Of a DNA stretch of 24,000 nt, positions 15,340 to 24,000 are shown piece after piece; the first letter of the stretch is position 1; each line of letters begins with the position of its first letter. The notes under the pieces were generated by a model. It saw only the letters and a program-made list of their open reading frames with translations, was not told where the DNA came from and did no database searches. The stretch comes from Sulfolobus acidocaldarius DSM 639 (GTDB taxonomy: Archaea; Thermoproteota; Thermoprotei_A; Sulfolobales; Sulfolobaceae). The position numbers and the translations under genes were made by a program. Where the stretch lies: assembly GCF_000012285.1 (NCBI RefSeq), contig NC_007181.1:1162823-1186822 (forward strand), in the 5' to 3' direction.

Positions 15340-16848
15340 ATTTTTTACCTTACCCTCTTGTCTTAATCTATAAACTCTGTATGTAGGAGTTATTGTGCTT
15401 GGATGATTTGCAGTAACTTGGTCTATTCTACCTACAGCAGTATTGGTAGGAGATGAGATTACATTATTAGGATTGTTGTAAGCCTCTCTAGCTATCTCAG
15501 TTAGAGCCTCTGCAAAAGAGTCTAATACTTCCTTAGGCTCAGTCTCTGTTGGTTCAATCATAATAGATTCCTCTATATTTGGAGGAAAATATATTGTTGG
15601 TGCATAGAAACCCCTATCAAGTAAGGCTTTAGCTATATCGAAAGCTGTAACACCCTTATCCCTCGCCAACTCCTTTGCTGAAAATACAACCTCATGTTTT
15701 CTTGGTCTATACGGAGCAATTAGATCTAAGCCTTTGACATTTCTAAGCTTAAAAATAATATAGTTGGTTGCTAAGGTACTTAGTTTTCCTATCATGGATA
15801 ATCCCTCAGCTCCAAGTCCTAGAATGTATACATATGATCTTACAACATTTCCTATGTTACCATAAAAAGATGCAATCTTTCCTATAGTGTGCTTTGGAAT
15901 GTAATCTATGGCATATTTACCATTTTTCTTTTCTACTATTGGATAAGGTAGAAAATCTACCATATCTCCTTTAGCACATATAGCACCTGCACCTGGTCCT
16001 CCTCCTCCATGTGGAACTGCAAACGTTTTATGAAGATTAAGATGAACTATATCAAAACCCATGTCTCCTGGTCTCACTACACCCAATATTCCATTCATAT
16101 TAGCTCCATCATAGTATAGCTTAGCATCTACGTTATGAAGCAACTTAGCTATTTCCACTATATTTTCTTCGAAAAGACCTAAAGTATTTGGATTAGTGAG
16201 CATAAATCCAGCTGTTTTCTCTCCTACTACCTCTCTTAATAAATCAATATCCACTAACCCCTCTTTATTAGATCTAATATAGATTACCTTGTAACCAGCC
16301 ATCGCAGCACTTGCTGGGTTAGTTCCATGTGCAGTATCTGCAACTAACATTTCATCTCTACTAAACCTCTCCTTTAATTCATGATACTTCTTTATCATCA
16401 GAACGCCAGCTAACTCGCCTGCTGAACCAGCCGGTACTTGCAAACTACATATATCAGTCCCTGTTATTTCAGCTAACATAAGTTGCATTTCATAAATGAT
16501 CTCTAAGATTCCTTGAACAGTCTCAGAATCCTGCAAGGGATGTAAACCTGAAACAACGTCGCTTATCTTTTCTTCGACTTTTGGATTATATTTCATTGTG
16601 CAGGAACCCAGCGGTACAAATCCTGTATCTACACCAAAACTCATTTGGGATAATCTTATGTAGTGTCTTACAGCCTCTAACTCACTAATGGAAGGTAGAT
16701 TAGGCTCATTTCTCCTCTTTAGATTTTCAGGAATGTTTAAGGTTATTTCTTTTCTTAAACTATCGTCATGAGTAATTAAAGTTCCTACTCTGCCATTGCC
16801 CTTATATTCAGTTATTAATGGTTCATCCCACTTCGCTTGTCTCCACAC
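15331..16848 (-). CDS. gcvPB: Glycine dehydrogenase (decarboxylating) subunit 2, P-protein beta
   Basis: 505-aa ORF with the PLP-lysine context HLNLHKTFAVPHGGGGPG. Starts 1 nt after the gcvPA stop. Confidence 0.9.
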   Translation of the reverse strand: MWRQAKWDEPLITEYKGNGRVGTLITHDDSLRKEITLNIPENLKRRNEPNLPSISELEAVRHYIRLSQMSFGVDTGFVPLGSCTMKYNPKVEEKISDVVSGLHPLQDSETVQGILEIIYEMQLMLAEITGTDICSLQVPAGSAGELAGVLMIKKYHELKERFSRDEMLVADTAHGTNPASAAMAGYKVIYIRSNKEGLVDIDLLREVVGEKTAGFMLTNPNTLGLFEENIVEIAKLLHNVDAKLYYDGANMNGILGVVRPGDMGFDIVHLNLHKTFAVPHGGGGPGAGAICAKGDMVDFLPYPIVEKKNGKYAIDYIPKHTIGKIASFYGNIGNVVRSYVYILGLGAEGLSMIGKLSTLATNYIIFKLRNVKGLDLIAPYRPRKHEVVFSAKELARDKGVTAFDIAKALLDRGFYAPTIYFPPNIEESIMIEPTETEPKEVLDSFAEALTEIAREAYNNPNNVISSPTNTAVGRIDQVTANHPSTITPTYRVYRLRQEGKVKNLQ

Positions 16849-16849
16849 A

Positions 16850-18193
16850 TCAAAGCACCTCCGCTATACTTTTGACTAGCTCATCAATCATAACCCTTGT
16901 ATGGACCTCAGTAAAGCAAAATAACGCACAATAATCATTTAGCTGTAAACCCCCGTGTATTCGTTTATTTAAGAGACTTGAATGGATCAAATTATAATTC
17001 TTAGGAAATTGAATTACAAATTCTTCAAAGAACTCCCCTGAATATGGAGATTTAAAACCGAGTTCTTCAAATTTCTTTTTGGCGTAGTGACTTCTTACAT
17101 ATATTTCTTCTGCTAGATCCCTTAGACCATGTTTACCTAATAACGAAAGATAGACCGCTGAACCTATTGCCATAAGTGTTTCATTTGTAGTTATATTTGA
17201 TGTGGCTTTCTCCCTTCTTGTAAACTGTTCTCTTGTTTGCAATATTAATGTGAAAGCCCTATTCCCTTTTTCATCTTTTGTTAAACCTACAATCCTACCA
17301 GGCATTTGTCTCACTAGTTGAGAATCCCACCTTACAGCAAAAATGCCCATAAGCGGACCTCCATAGTTTAGTGGTAATCCAATTTCTTGCCCATCACCTA
17401 CTGCTATGTCAATACCGTATTCCCCTGGGGGCTTAATTAAACCAAGAGATAATGGAGACACCCCCATAATAGTTATTATATTTTTCTTCTTTGCAAAATC
17501 CACTATATATTCTATGTTTTCCTCAAAAATTCCGTAAAAATTAGGTTGCTGAATATAAATGGCAGATACGTCGTCTGTGTTAATTTGTTCTAATTTTTCG
17601 ATATCTATTTGACCTGATGTAGAATCTGTAGGCAATTCGGTTATTCTGATACCTTTACCGTAAACCCATGTCTTTACTACCTCTCTATGGTAAGGATTCA
17701 TATTTGAAGGCAAAAGCACGCTCTTTCTCCGATTTATTCTATGTGCCATCAGAACAGCTTCCGCTATAGCACTAGCCCAATCGTACATTGATGCATTTAC
17801 AAACTCCATTTCTAATAATTCAGCCATAAGGCTTTGATATTCATAAATTGCCTGCAGAAGACCTTGAGAGATTTCAGGTTGATACGGAGTATAAGCAGTA
17901 TAAAACTCCGATCTAGACATAATGAACTTTACAGCCTCCGGTATATAGTGAGGGCATAGACCCCCTCCTATAAAAGGAGGGTATTTAAGTTCTAGATTTT
18001 TCTTCTTCAGTTCATTAAGCCTTTGAGAAATCTCGTACTCGGAAAGAGGTTTATCATAAGGTATGTTAAGTTTCCTTTTAAGTATCAAATCTTGAGGAAC
18101 GTCAGAAAATAAATTCATAATGTCATTAACGCCTATTTCCTTGAGCATTTCCTCGGTATACTTTAAGTTAGGTAACCAAGGATGCATTTCCAT
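16850..18193 (-). CDS. gcvPA: Glycine dehydrogenase (decarboxylating) subunit 1, P-protein alpha
   Basis: The ORF track starts at GTG 18211. I prefer ATG 18193 (MEMHPWLPNLKY..), which matches the M-x-x-HPWLPN N-terminus I recall for Sulfolobales orthologues. Has YTPYQPEISQG and NASMYDW motifs. Confidence 0.9.
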   Translation of the reverse strand: MEMHPWLPNLKYTEEMLKEIGVNDIMNLFSDVPQDLILKRKLNIPYDKPLSEYEISQRLNELKKKNLELKYPPFIGGGLCPHYIPEAVKFIMSRSEFYTAYTPYQPEISQGLLQAIYEYQSLMAELLEMEFVNASMYDWASAIAEAVLMAHRINRRKSVLLPSNMNPYHREVVKTWVYGKGIRITELPTDSTSGQIDIEKLEQINTDDVSAIYIQQPNFYGIFEENIEYIVDFAKKKNIITIMGVSPLSLGLIKPPGEYGIDIAVGDGQEIGLPLNYGGPLMGIFAVRWDSQLVRQMPGRIVGLTKDEKGNRAFTLILQTREQFTRREKATSNITTNETLMAIGSAVYLSLLGKHGLRDLAEEIYVRSHYAKKKFEELGFKSPYSGEFFEEFVIQFPKNYNLIHSSLLNKRIHGGLQLNDYCALFCFTEVHTRVMIDELVKSIAEVL

Positions 18194-18233
18194 ATTTAAG
18201 GTCATTCTCACATTATATACCAGATGGTTAATA
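18194..18233. promoter_or_regulatory. 40-bp divergent gcvPA / gcvT control region with two interdigitated TATA-like boxes
   Basis: Sequence atttaaggtcattctcacattatataccagatggttaata. TTATATA (18213..18219) lies about 23 nt from the gcvPA ATG on the minus strand. ATTTAAG (18194..18200) is the only AT-rich box upstream of gcvT on the plus strand. Confidence 0.4.
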
Positions 18234-19289
18234 ATGTTTAGTTCACCACTTTTGGATATTGAGACAAAACTAAATGCAGATATAGGAGAATTCGCAAACT
18301 GGAAAATGCCTATGAAATATACTAGTTATCAAGACGAACATCTTCTAGTAAGAACATCAGTAGCATTCTTTGATATATCCCATATGGGTAGACTTAAAGT
18401 TTCAGGAAACCAAAATGAACTGGAATTCCTCGTCTCCAAAGAAATTTCTAAAAACAAACCAAATTCAATGATTGGACCCACAGCATTTCTTAATGACAAG
18501 GGAGGATTCGAAGATGATGTAATGATTTATAAGGTATCAGAAAATGAATTCTTAATCGTAACTAATGCTATAAATCGTGAGAAAATAATTAATTGGATAG
18601 GAAAAAATTCTGGATTGAATGTTGAAGATCTGACATTTAAATATGGGATGCTTGCAATTCAGGGAAGGAACGTCTGGAATTTCATAGAAAAAGCTGAGGT
18701 TAAACCACTAGAGTTTATTTTAAATACCAAGTTTCTTGGGGAAAACGTATTTTTACTAAGTAGATCAGGTTGGACAGGAGAAGATGGCTTAGAAGTTTGG
18801 GCTGATGCAAATACGCTAACTTCGATAATTCAGAAATTACTGAAACTTGGTATAAAACCGGCAGGATTAATAGCTAGAGATAGTTTGAGGCAAGAAATGG
18901 GGTACGTATTATACGGAGAGGACATAGATTCCAACATTACACCAGTGGAAGCAAGATATTGGGTGTTCTCACTCGATAAGGATTTCATAGGTAAAGAAAA
19001 AATAATGGAACATGTAGAGAATGGTGTTAATAGAATAAGATTAGGATTCAAACTTAAGAAAGATGATAGACTTCTTCCTCGAAAAGATTATAAGATAAAG
19101 TCTCCCTTAGGCTCAAGGGATGTCGGATACGTAACAAGTAGCACATTCAGTCCCTATTTAAACAGGGTTATTGGAATGGGGTACATAAAACCTGAGTACG
19201 CTTACATAGGCTATGAGCTTGCAATAGATATTAGAGGGAAACAAGTAAAAGCAAAAATTTCCGATTTCCCTCTTATTAATACGAGGTGA
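18234..19289 (+). CDS. gcvT: Aminomethyltransferase, glycine cleavage T-protein
   Basis: The ORF track starts at 18120, inside gcvPA on the other strand. ATG 18234 ([13 protein letters not shown]..) gives a normal N-terminus. Has FDISHMGRL, and the LAIQGRNV and [11 protein letters not shown] motifs typical of GcvT. Confidence 0.9.
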   Translation: MFSSPLLDIETKLNADIGEFANWKMPMKYTSYQDEHLLVRTSVAFFDISHMGRLKVSGNQNELEFLVSKEISKNKPNSMIGPTAFLNDKGGFEDDVMIYKVSENEFLIVTNAINREKIINWIGKNSGLNVEDLTFKYGMLAIQGRNVWNFIEKAEVKPLEFILNTKFLGENVFLLSRSGWTGEDGLEVWADANTLTSIIQKLLKLGIKPAGLIARDSLRQEMGYVLYGEDIDSNITPVEARYWVFSLDKDFIGKEKIMEHVENGVNRIRLGFKLKKDDRLLPRKDYKIKSPLGSRDVGYVTSSTFSPYLNRVIGMGYIKPEYAYIGYELAIDIRGKQVKAKISDFPLINTR

Positions 19290-19296
19290 AACTTTA

Positions 19297-19713
19297 ATGA
19301 GTGTAGTAATCGACGGTAAATATCTAATTCTTAAAGATAGGCATTACACCGAGACCGATGAGTGGATATTAATCAACGGGAACATTGCAACAGTTGGAAT
19401 AACAGATTACGCTCAGAAGAAACTTAAGGATATAGTAGGAATAGAACTACCACAAGTGGGTAGAGAAGTAACTATAGGAGAACAAGTTGCTGTCGTGGAA
19501 TCTGTTAAGGCTGCTGCAGATATATTTTCCCCTCTCTCCGGTAGTGTACTAGAAGTAAATAAGGAATTACAGAGTTCCCCTGAGACAATTAATAAGGATC
19601 CTTATGGTAGGGGATGGATATTCAAACTAAAGATAAAAGATGAGAAAGAGGTATCTAAATTACTAAATTTCGAACAATACATTATTTCGATAAAACAAAG
19701 AGAGGGAATTTAA
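19297..19713 (+). CDS. gcvH: Glycine cleavage H-protein (lipoyl carrier)
   Basis: 138-aa ORF with the lipoyl-lysine context [19 protein letters not shown] and a TDYAQ motif. Confidence 0.9.
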   Translation: MSVVIDGKYLILKDRHYTETDEWILINGNIATVGITDYAQKKLKDIVGIELPQVGREVTIGEQVAVVESVKAAADIFSPLSGSVLEVNKELQSSPETINKDPYGRGWIFKLKIKDEKEVSKLLNFEQYIISIKQREGI

Positions 19714-20459
19714 TGAGCAGTGTAGAAATATTAGAGGATTATATACCACAGTTAACAAGACCTTCTTACCTTATTGTCGGATTACCCGATGCTGGATTAG
19801 TAGGTACAATTGCCACCGAATTCCTTGTCAAAAAATTAGGATTAAGTGAATTTGCTACTATTTATGCACCTGATATTTTACCGCCGATAATGCATGTAAG
19901 AGACGGAATAGCTAAATCACCATTGAAGTTTTATCATAATGGTAAGAACATGATAGTATTTCACTCATATATAGCATTACCTTTCTCAGTGATTAACCAG
20001 ATAGCTAAAACTTTGATCGACTTCGCAAAGAAGTATGGGATAAATAACATAATTTCCATAACAGGCATACCAGTAGAGAACAGATTATCTGCGACTACAC
20101 TAAATTCATTTGTAATAGGGAATAACCAACAAGTAACTGAAGAGATAGAAAAAATGGGATTGTCGAAAAAGTTTGGTGAAGGATATATAGCAGGTCCTTA
20201 TGCCCCCATATTATCCTATTCCCAAAGGGAAAAGTTAAATAATATAATAATAGTCGTCGAATCTTTTATGGATTTGCCAGATCCAGAAGCTTCCGCAATA
20301 GCTTTATCCATCTTGTCAAAATACATTGGTTTCCCCTTGGATACAGAAGAACTACTTAAAGAGGCTGAGGAAGTTAGAGAGAGAATTAGGGGACTTATGT
20401 CTCAGACTAGAGAGGAATTACCAAAGTACGCAACAGGTAGACCGATGACATACGCGTGA
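19713..20459 (+). CDS. PAC2-family (proteasome assembly chaperone-like) protein
   Basis: 248-aa ORF whose ATG overlaps the gcvH TAA by 1 nt (TAATG). The N-terminal LIVGLPDAGLVGTIA is typical of the archaeal PAC2/DUF75 family. The C-terminus ends ..GRPMTYA, with a penultimate Tyr. Confidence 0.6.
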   Translation: MSSVEILEDYIPQLTRPSYLIVGLPDAGLVGTIATEFLVKKLGLSEFATIYAPDILPPIMHVRDGIAKSPLKFYHNGKNMIVFHSYIALPFSVINQIAKTLIDFAKKYGINNIISITGIPVENRLSATTLNSFVIGNNQQVTEEIEKMGLSKKFGEGYIAGPYAPILSYSQREKLNNIIIVVESFMDLPDPEASAIALSILSKYIGFPLDTEELLKEAEEVRERIRGLMSQTREELPKYATGRPMTYA

Positions 20460-20463
20460 GATT

Positions 20464-20838
20464 ATGCCAGTTTTTAAAGATTTAGAGGACTTAATTAATA
20501 ACCTGATAAAGAAAGAAGAAGAGAGACTAAAGAAGATAAGGAAAGAGATCGAGAAAGAAATCAAAGAAGTAGAAGAAAGTATAGGGTTCTCCAGAGAGCC
20601 CTTGTATACAATGAGAGAATTAATGGACGAATATGAATATATAATTGATATACCAAAAGCAGACTTACAGAGTCTAAAAGTTGATGTAGTTAAAGATATA
20701 ATGAGAGTAGAGTGTATGACCAAATCTGGTGGAAGATACTTTCTGAGGATAAGACTACCACCAGACATTGACCCGGGTACAGCTAACATAAGGAGAGAAA
20801 AATGGCTTATTATAGTTACTTTGAAAAAGCATAGATAA
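20464..20838 (+). CDS. Divergent small heat-shock-like protein (alpha-crystallin-like domain preceded by a charged helix)
   Basis: 124-aa ORF. EYEYIIDIPKADLQSLKVDVVKDIMRVE and GGRYFLRIRLPPDIDPGTANIRREKWLIIVTLKK follow the ACD pattern (DxPG..K..I.V.V....L.I / F.R...LP..VD.....A......L.I..PK) only loosely. Confidence 0.4.
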   Translation: MPVFKDLEDLINNLIKKEEERLKKIRKEIEKEIKEVEESIGFSREPLYTMRELMDEYEYIIDIPKADLQSLKVDVVKDIMRVECMTKSGGRYFLRIRLPPDIDPGTANIRREKWLIIVTLKKHR

Positions 20839-20911
20839 TTTTCATACTCTTAATAATACTTAGAAAGATTTTTATAAACTGTGTTAAAATAGGATAAACA
20901 GTGAACTGGTT

Positions 20912-21913
20912 TTGAGTGAAGGAGCAGGAAGATTTTCTAAAGACGTAGAGACTAGAAAGGTACAAAGATTAGGTTCATCTTCACTCTTTATAACTTTACC
21001 CAAGAAGTGGATCAATAAATGGGGAGTAAAACCTGGTGATAAAATTATTATAGAAATTTCCGAGGATGGAGGTCTTAGACTCGTTGCGGAAAAAGTGAAA
21101 AATACCTACACTAAAAAGAGCATTAAAATTGACGTGGACAATTATAAACAAAGTATAGTAAACGCCATACCTTCTCTTTATATTTTAGGATATGATGAAA
21201 TGTTATTTACGACCAAGAAAAACCTAGATCCAAAAGAGGTTGAAAATGTAATTACTTTGTCCAAGAATCTAGTAGGAATTGAAGTCGCAGAGAACAATAA
21301 TAACCTAATAAGATTAGATTGCCTACTTGATACTGAGAAGCTTGGTTCAGAGACATTACTTAGAAGAATATTAAATATTATTTCTAAGAAAGTAGATGAA
21401 ATAATTGAATATTTAAGAGGACAACAGAGCACAGAGGTTCAACAAACATTAGAAGATTTAAGAAGAGTATACCTCATGCTATTGAGAAGAAGTATAGGGA
21501 ATAAATATATGGCAGAAAGGGATAAAGTAAGGAACTTCATAATAGCAATCAATTCTACGATAATGATGAGAGTCTACAGAATTATATCTAAATTGTATGA
21601 TGAAATTAAACATAATCAAATTTCACTTCCACAAGAACAAGCAAAAACTTTAATTGATATGTTCAGGGAGACTAACGACCTTTTTGACGAAATCATTATG
21701 AGCATACTTTTCCCCAGTATAAAGAGAATTTCGAACGGTTATACATTAATAAATCAGCTTAAACAAAAATATGAAAGATTGGATATAAAAGATAATTTAA
21801 TTAGAAATTATTTTGAAGATCTTATATTTAACCTTGAAGAAGCTTTAAATAACTCCTCCTGTTCCATATTCTTAGAGGACGCTCCTTGGATAGAGAGAAA
21901 TTTTAACTCATAA
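20912..21913 (+). CDS. AbrB/SpoVT-type DNA-binding domain fused to a PhoU-like helical domain (putative transcriptional regulator)
   Basis: 333-aa ORF with a TTG start. The N-terminus RKVQRLGSSSLFITLPKKWINKWGVKPGDKIIIEI is a swapped-hairpin AbrB-type motif. The remainder is helical-repeat, as in archaeal PhoU-homologue regulators. TATA TTTTTATAAA lies about 35 nt upstream. Confidence 0.6.
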   Translation: MSEGAGRFSKDVETRKVQRLGSSSLFITLPKKWINKWGVKPGDKIIIEISEDGGLRLVAEKVKNTYTKKSIKIDVDNYKQSIVNAIPSLYILGYDEMLFTTKKNLDPKEVENVITLSKNLVGIEVAENNNNLIRLDCLLDTEKLGSETLLRRILNIISKKVDEIIEYLRGQQSTEVQQTLEDLRRVYLMLLRRSIGNKYMAERDKVRNFIIAINSTIMMRVYRIISKLYDEIKHNQISLPQEQAKTLIDMFRETNDLFDEIIMSILFPSIKRISNGYTLINQLKQKYERLDIKDNLIRNYFEDLIFNLEEALNNSSCSIFLEDAPWIERNFNS

Positions 21914-21939
21914 AACAAATATAAACAGGTGACAGAGAA

Positions 21940-22686
21940 ATGGTCATGTTAAAAATAGAGGACATCCATGTTGAAGTTGAAGGTAAAAAAATACTAAAAG
22001 GAATAGACATGGAAATAAAGTCAGGAGAAATACATGTATTAATGGGACCTAATGGAAGTGGAAAAACTTCACTTTCCTTAGCATTGATGGGTCATCCTAA
22101 ATATAAAATAACTCAGGGCAAAATATTACTTGATAACGAGGATATAACTAGCCTAGAGACCTTTGAAAAAGCGCGAAAAGGTATATTTCTTGCCTTCCAG
22201 AACCCTATAGAAATTAGTGGAGTTAAACTATCAACTTTATTAATAGCAGAGTATTCCAGAATGCATAGTTCAACAGCACAACCTCAGATGATTATCAAAC
22301 AGATAAAAGAAGTCAGCAAATCAGTAGGAGTTAATGACTCTCTACTTAATAGAGGAATATTTGATGGCTTTAGCGGAGGAGAAAAGAAGAGAACAGAGAT
22401 TCTACAGATGTTATTAATAAAACCGAAAATAGCCATACTTGATGAACCCGACTCTGGTGTAGATGTGGATGGGCTTAAAGCCATTTCAGATGCCATATTA
22501 AAATTAAAGTCTGAATCAAATACTGGCTTCTTAATAATAACTCATTACAGAAGAATATTAGAGCATCTAAATGCCGATAAAGTACATATACTCTACAACG
22601 GTAAAATAGTAAGAAGCGGAGGTATGGAATTAGCAAAATTAGTCGATGAGAAAGGGTACGAAGGAGCTCTAAAACAGTTTTTATAA
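21940..22686 (+). CDS. sufC: Fe-S cluster assembly ATPase SufC
   Basis: 248-aa ORF with Walker A GPNGSGKTS, ABC signature FSGGEKKR and Walker B AILDEPDSG. Has the SufC-typical N-terminus LKIEDIHVEVEGKKILKG. AGGTGA lies 7 nt upstream of the ATG. Confidence 0.9.
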   Translation: MVMLKIEDIHVEVEGKKILKGIDMEIKSGEIHVLMGPNGSGKTSLSLALMGHPKYKITQGKILLDNEDITSLETFEKARKGIFLAFQNPIEISGVKLSTLLIAEYSRMHSSTAQPQMIIKQIKEVSKSVGVNDSLLNRGIFDGFSGGEKKRTEILQMLLIKPKIAILDEPDSGVDVDGLKAISDAILKLKSESNTGFLIITHYRRILEHLNADKVHILYNGKIVRSGGMELAKLVDEKGYEGALKQFL

Positions 22687-22756
22687 AACTATTCATAAAA
22701 CATTGATGACTAAGTTTAAATGTTATCTTTAACAGAGTTTATATTGGGTAATTCAA

Positions 22757-24000
<1,244 letters not shown>

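Noticed and set aside
18120-18233. 38-codon N-terminal extension of gcvT and the GTG 18211 start of gcvPA
   Set aside because: The gcvT extension lies inside gcvPA on the opposite strand. The gcvPA extension is not matched by the M-x-x-HPWLPN N-terminus of orthologues.
21562-21620. AAUGAUGA-12 nt-UUAU ... AUGAUGA-12 nt-UCAA inside the AbrB-PhoU gene
   Set aside because: It has box C and C'-like motifs with 12-nt spacers but no CUGA at either D position, and it is fully inside a CDS. The motifs simply encode Met-Met/Asp-Glu codons.

Overview
AT-rich, almost fully coding window with no mobile elements, CRISPR arrays or long repeats. It looks like core chromosome of a Sulfolobales crenarchaeon: many leaderless or overlapping genes, an intron-containing tRNA and C/D box sRNA architecture. 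From memory, unverified, the proteins match the Sulfolobus acidocaldarius Saci_1372-1374 neighbourhood. The standout system is the three-gene cdvA-cdvB-vps4(cdvC) cluster at 9972..12618 on the minus strand. This is the ESCRT-III/Vps4-based archaeal cell-division machinery, and its interaction motifs are readable in the sequence. It is remarkable biology but already described (2008 onward), so I flag it as established rather than new. Left to right the window holds: a mevalonate-entry cluster (DUF35 partial, thiolase-fold protein, HMG-CoA synthase); a pyruvoyl AdoMetDC-fold decarboxylase; a sequon-rich membrane-anchored protein; an intron-containing tRNA(CAT); an unknown protein with a polybasic tail overlapping an Ogg2-type DNA glycosylase; serA-like dehydrogenase plus class V aminotransferase; rpoK; topoisomerase III; cdvCBA; a C/D box sRNA I found by eye; a small membrane protein; enolase; a membrane/Zn-ribbon/signal-peptidase trio; the glycine cleavage genes split into divergent gcvPA-PB and gcvT-H units; a PAC2-family protein; a divergent sHsp-like protein; an AbrB-PhoU regulator; and sufC-sufB (sufB runs off the right edge). 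Observations I think are least likely to be annotated: (1) the thiolase-fold protein beside HMG-CoA synthase lacks every canonical catalytic Cys/His; (2) a textbook C/D box sRNA lies between cdvA and its divergent neighbour, driven by a palindromic TATA whose 10-mer is identical to the tRNA promoter; (3) a perfect 9-bp inverted repeat brackets a TATA element upstream of HMG-CoA synthase; (4) the gcv promoters are interdigitated within 40 bp. All family calls rest on motif recognition from memory; no database search was possible.
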